Source: Promethearchaeia archaeon
Lineage (GTDB): Archaea > Asgardarchaeota > Lokiarchaeia > Sigyniarchaeales > SOKP01
DNA length: 12,261 bases
Direction of reading: 5' to 3'
Assembly: GCA_029856125.1 (NCBI GenBank)
Contig: JAHQWJ010000001.1
Span: forward strand, 1-12,261
Shown here: positions 8,520 through 12,261 of the stretch, one piece after another
Layout: each line of letters opens with the position of its first letter
Numbering within the stretch: the first letter of the stretch is position 1
Position numbers and translations under genes: made by a program
Notes under the pieces: model-generated
Seen by the model: the letters and a program-made list of their open reading frames with translations, nothing else
Database searches by the model: none
What the model was told of the DNA's origin: nothing

Positions 8520-9695
8520 TTAATTCACCATTTCAAGTAATGGAATTTCTACTGAGGGAATTTCAGTTCCCCCTAATACAATTAATAAATCTTTATTTTG
8601 ATTTTTTGAATATGCGAAACTGTCTCGATTTATAGCAAGTTGGATGAGAAGTGCTAATTCTTCTCTCTGTCTATTCCAAGACATTTGTGAACCATTTAAT
8701 TGGTGACGATATGAATCTATTTTAACTAGGGCAAAAAGAAATTCAAAAACTAATTTTTCCCACTCCTTAGTTTGAGTTTCTGCGAATTTATCTTGAGGTA
8801 CAGCTTTCCATATCAATCCTTCTAAGTCAGCAAAGTGAATTGTACCATCAGGAGCTACCACACAATCTTTATCTAGCCATACATCTTGATATATGATTCC
8901 TGTTATAATGTCTCCTTCTTTTTTTGCTGACCTCGAAAATAAAGACAATAACGCTATCCCGCTTTTGATAAAGTTGATTTCAAATTTTTCAATAAGTTTT
9001 TCGGTATCTAAATTAAATAACGAAAAGAAAGAACTAGGATTAGCAACTAGACGAGAAGATTCAAAATACAATCGTATATTCGAAGGCATTAGTCTAATTT
9101 CCTGATAAAAATGATCTTTATAAGTGTTAAACCAAAAAAACTTACGAGCCACTTCTTCAATTTCAGGAGGTAATTTTACGACTCCTATCACAGGGCAAAT
9201 GTGAGCACCATTGATGGAATCTATTTTTGCTAACTTAGAGAAAGCTAGCTCATCAAAAGCATTGATAAAACCTTGACAACCATATGGGCTTTCTCCCATC
9301 CATGATTCGCCCATAATAAAACCTGTACCTGTTGTTAATTTATCTACAAGATGAAGGTACGTAGAATCGCGACAAGCATTTCGTATATGAAGAGGCGATA
9401 ATAATTTTCCTTCGTACATATCTTCATATGCTCCACAACCTTTAATTGCTAAAAAGAAATTTTTACCGTTTAAATTGACTGAAAATTCTGGAAATATTGC
9501 GTTGCGATTTTCATCTTTTATCGCATTTATTTTCGGTTCTTTGATATTATGTAATTCCGCCGTAGCAGGACCTATGTATCCTTTTATCCATTTCTTATGG
9601 GATTTGAATTGCGGATTTATTGCTGAAATTTCTGCATTTACAGAATATAATACTATATCTATTGAATCATGAAGAAATTGTTCGAAAGTATTCAA
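8520..9695 (-). CDS. Hypothetical protein, 391 aa, divergent protein-kinase-like / SelO-like fold (inferred)
   Basis: The TTG start overlaps the upstream TGA (TTGA) and has AAGGTGA 7 nt upstream. Motif order DENRNAI, LAIKGCG (K85), DELAFS (E149), RLMPSNIRL, YQDVWLDKDCVV, HFADLEG (D290). The CDS is secure; the fold call is moderate. Confidence 0.75.
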   Translation of the reverse strand: MNTFEQFLHDSIDIVLYSVNAEISAINPQFKSHKKWIKGYIGPATAELHNIKEPKINAIKDENRNAIFPEFSVNLNGKNFFLAIKGCGAYEDMYEGKLLSPLHIRNACRDSTYLHLVDKLTTGTGFIMGESWMGESPYGCQGFINAFDELAFSKLAKIDSINGAHICPVIGVVKLPPEIEEVARKFFWFNTYKDHFYQEIRLMPSNIRLYFESSRLVANPSSFFSLFNLDTEKLIEKFEINFIKSGIALLSLFSRSAKKEGDIITGIIYQDVWLDKDCVVAPDGTIHFADLEGLIWKAVPQDKFAETQTKEWEKLVFEFLFALVKIDSYRHQLNGSQMSWNRQREELALLIQLAINRDSFAYSKNQNKDLLIVLGGTEIPSVEIPLLEMVN

Positions 9696-11368
9696 AAGCG
9701 TCTCACCTTTACTTTAGGCATTTTAGTTCCAAATAGAGTAACCGTTCCCAATTTTGGGGCATCAAAATCATCATAAATATTCTTTGCGGGACTATTCCAT
9801 TCAGCAATTTCTGTTATAGCAGAATTACATCCTAATTCTTTCAAAATTGATAATCGAGCATTTACTAATGCTCTACCAATTCCTTTATTTCTGAAAGCAG
9901 GATGAACATACAGGCCATATAACCATCCAGTTTCTTTTCCTGGAGTAGAAAATCCAACGCCTAATAGTACTCGGTCTAAATATATTTCTGGTTTTCTATA
10001 TTTTCTTTTGATGATTTCTTTTAAGATATCTTTAACCCATTCTTCTTCGGGAGAAGCTGTTGCGATAACAATAATATCACTCTTCGCCGCTTCAATAACC
10101 CATTTTGCATCCCTTTTTTTTGTAGTACCGCTATCTTCATTAGCAATTAATCTCATGATTGCCTCTAAATCTTGAGCTCTTGCAGGCTCAATTAGATTAG
10201 CATCATAATGAACTTCCATTCCCTGTAAGTATTCGATCTTAAATACGTCATATTTCTCGATAGTTTTAAAACCAAAGAGTTTAGAAAGTTCCGCATGGGC
10301 ATATTTTACTTTAGTATATAATATTAAGTCTTCAGAATATTTTCCAAAAAATGTTCCAACCTTTCCATTCGGTTCAATAAATCCAATACCTTTAAGGTTT
10401 TCTTGATTATGAGCAGAAACGATTGTTTTTCCTTGAATTTTTGCTCTGGAAAGATATGCAAGGATCATTTCTGAATAAGGAGAATCAACCGAAAATTCTA
10501 ATCCTCCAAGCATTTTTCTCTCTACGACCACTTCTTGCTTTTTACCTTGCGCTCTTATAACTCTTGGTCTCCATCTATAATGTTCATAGACTACATAAAA
10601 AATTATAGCAAAAAATAATAATGGACTCCAATAGGCCAGGAGATACATCCAAATGCAAAATGGGCGTAAATAACTTGAAGATGTTATAAATACATATGAA
10701 TTCAATACAAATTCTGAATAATAACCACTACTATAACCAATATCTTCTTCGTGTAATACCTCTCCAATTAAATACCCTTCAGGAGTAAAATATTCATCAA
10801 TTGTGTAAGTGGCTTCAAATTGTCCATATACATCATTTCTTGAATATTGCCCCGCAGACGTTAATCGTTTTCCTGTAAATGGCATGAGATGTCCTAACCA
10901 AATCATACCATCACCAACAAATTCATAAGTCTCACCTAACATGGAATAAGTGTTGGTTTGAATTCCCCCAGGTATATGAAACCAGACGTTTAGTCCGGTA
11001 GCATTATACTCTTGATCACCAAAAGAAAGATATTGTCCATCTAATAATGAATAAGTAAAAGTATAGTAATCAGTTCCCCCGTAATCCTCTTCGAGATATC
11101 CTTCAAGCCAACTCTGAAATGTCCAAGTAATTGCGCATGAAACACTGGCGGTTGATCCACTATAATCAACTTTATAATTTCCATTTGCCCTAAAGTTCTC
11201 CGTATAACCTAGATACCATCCTCCAGTTCCAGTAATGTCCCAATTGTAAACATAATCAAATTCTAAGTCATGATCTGAAAATTTTATACCAAGATACGGA
11301 ATTCCAAATAATTGAATAATAACTGAAGTTATCAGCATTAATATAAATAATATCGATCTTTTTTTCAT
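9692..11368 (-). CDS. Membrane-anchored GNAT-family N-acetyltransferase with a predicted extracellular N-terminal domain
   Basis: MKKR plus a hydrophobic segment (aa ~5-28), a Tyr/Gly/Thr/acid-rich domain (30-235), a second hydrophobic segment (~239-261) followed by RWRPR, and a C-terminal acetyl-CoA motif A LYVHPAFRNKGIGRAL with WNSPAKNIY. Confidence 0.88.
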   Translation of the reverse strand: MKKRSILFILMLITSVIIQLFGIPYLGIKFSDHDLEFDYVYNWDITGTGGWYLGYTENFRANGNYKVDYSGSTASVSCAITWTFQSWLEGYLEEDYGGTDYYTFTYSLLDGQYLSFGDQEYNATGLNVWFHIPGGIQTNTYSMLGETYEFVGDGMIWLGHLMPFTGKRLTSAGQYSRNDVYGQFEATYTIDEYFTPEGYLIGEVLHEEDIGYSSGYYSEFVLNSYVFITSSSYLRPFCIWMYLLAYWSPLLFFAIIFYVVYEHYRWRPRVIRAQGKKQEVVVERKMLGGLEFSVDSPYSEMILAYLSRAKIQGKTIVSAHNQENLKGIGFIEPNGKVGTFFGKYSEDLILYTKVKYAHAELSKLFGFKTIEKYDVFKIEYLQGMEVHYDANLIEPARAQDLEAIMRLIANEDSGTTKKRDAKWVIEAAKSDIIVIATASPEEEWVKDILKEIIKRKYRKPEIYLDRVLLGVGFSTPGKETGWLYGLYVHPAFRNKGIGRALVNARLSILKELGCNSAITEIAEWNSPAKNIYDDFDAPKLGTVTLFGTKMPKVKVRRF

Positions 11369-11556
11369 CGGATATAATCAACTCTAAAGGATTTAATGGG
11401 ATGATTACTATATATATTAGATTGAATTTCAAACATTAATATTATGATCGATCTAACAATACTCCCATATAAATTTTGTTTAGATTAACTCAATGTAATC
11501 AAAACTTTTAAATAGGTTATTTCAAATTGATATGGCATTTTAGATTTATAGAAAAA

Positions 11557-11639
11557 AAGCGCTTTCTCAAAGGTTCCTAGCTTAGATTTATGATAACCTA
11601 TTCCTTTTACAAAAAAACTTTCTTAGGGACGAGAGATGT
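11557..11639 (-). pseudogene. Decayed 5' fragment of pdaD (direct repeat copy 2)
   Basis: The minus strand reads T-S-L-V-P-K-K-V/frameshift/F-F-V-K-G-I-G-Y-H-K-S-K-L-G-T-F-E-K-A-L versus PdaD MSFVPKKVFFVKGIGYHKSKLGAFEQAL. ATG is replaced by ACA, codon 8 has a 1-nt deletion, and homology stops after codon 28. Confidence 0.9.
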
Positions 11640-11698
11640 AGTTTAAGATAAAATCTTCTTTATTTCCTTCTTTATTTTAAGATAAATACTATTTACTA

Positions 11699-12261
11699 TT
11701 ATTTTTCCAATCTTTGTAGGTATTTAGAAAATATATTCATGTAAAGGCATTTTTCAGCTTCCATTTCTGGAGTTGATACGGGGTTTTCTGTAAACTCAAC
11801 ATTACTTTCTCTGATAATTACGACAGGAGTTCTTTGATCTGCTTCACTCAATAGAAATTGTGCAGCGCTAGCTAAATCATCAGCTATAGCTCTCTTTGTA
11901 ATTTCCATCGGACGATTGAATAAATCAGGATGTCCTATTAAATCTTCGATTGGTTCAAATCCTGCTGTTGCAATAGCAATTCCTATTGTACCCTTTCTTA
12001 AAGGCTGAACTCTTGAGTCAGCAATAATTAAACCAATATCATTTAGGTTGTATTTATTCTTTAGACTATCGCGATATTCCCAAACTACTTTCGTTAAGTT
12101 GCTTGGTAGTAATACAACCTTGTTGGGTCCAGCGTTAGATTGATCTATTCCCGCATTAGCGATTAAGAAATCATTGACTTTCGCCAATATAACGTGCGTC
12201 ATTCCACCTAAAATCATTGATGCCTCCCTTAATATTAGTTCTACATATCTTTCGTCCATGT
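11699..12261 (-). CDS. cofE: Coenzyme F420-0:L-glutamate ligase family protein, 5' end beyond the window
   Basis: ANAGIDQSN, IIADSRVQPLRKGTIGIAI, DLIGHPDLFNRPMEIT, IADDLASAA and EADQRTPVVIIR are CofE motifs. The N-terminal third is missing, so the Met at 12259 is probably internal. Confidence 0.9.
   Translation of the reverse strand, partial: MDERYVELILREASMILGGMTHVILAKVNDFLIANAGIDQSNAGPNKVVLLPSNLTKVVWEYRDSLKNKYNLNDIGLIIADSRVQPLRKGTIGIAIATAGFEPIEDLIGHPDLFNRPMEITKRAIADDLASAAQFLLSEADQRTPVVIIRESNVEFTENPVSTPEMEAEKCLYMNIFSKYLQRLEK

Noticed and set aside
8893-9105. 70-aa plus-strand ORF, considered as an antisense antitoxin
   Set aside because: Nested opposite the kinase-like gene, with no recognisable SD or motif.
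9475-9672. 65-aa hydrophobic plus-strand ORF
   Set aside because: Its hydrophobicity follows from being antisense to Lys/Asn/Glu codons of the 391-aa gene.
5796-11616. 36-bp perfect repeat as a CRISPR repeat or self-targeting spacer
   Set aside because: Only two copies 5.8 kb apart, homology extends beyond 36 bp, and there is no array or cas gene.
11557-11639. pdaD repeat pair as a diversity-generating retroelement TR/VR
   Set aside because: Several differences are A/G, but C/T and G/T changes and an indel also occur. The target would be a conserved enzyme N-terminus, and there is no reverse transcriptase in the window.

Overview
AT-rich archaeal window. GGTGA/GGAGGT ribosome-binding motifs, archaeal-type AsnRS, pyruvoyl arginine decarboxylase, deoxyhypusine synthase and CofE point to Archaea; an Asgard/Lokiarchaeia-like host is my impression only. 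Left to right: gatB (cut by the window edge) and gatA, a metallo-beta-lactamase-fold hydrolase, asnS, a divergent pdaD/dhs pair, a tightly coupled three-gene minus-strand operon of unknown function, and the 3' part of cofE. The operon is the best candidate for an undescribed system. It encodes (i) a membrane protein with an apparent extracellular domain and a cytoplasmic GNAT acetyltransferase, (ii) a divergent SelO/protein-kinase-like protein and (iii) a coiled-coil/winged-helix-like protein with a His/aromatic tail. The operon plus dhs lies between two direct copies of the pdaD 5' end, one functional (5772-5846) and one decayed (11557-11630), which suggests an old insertion into pdaD. gatB and the hydrolase appear to start at non-canonical codons (CTG, ATA). 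All family assignments were made by eye from motifs; no searches were run.
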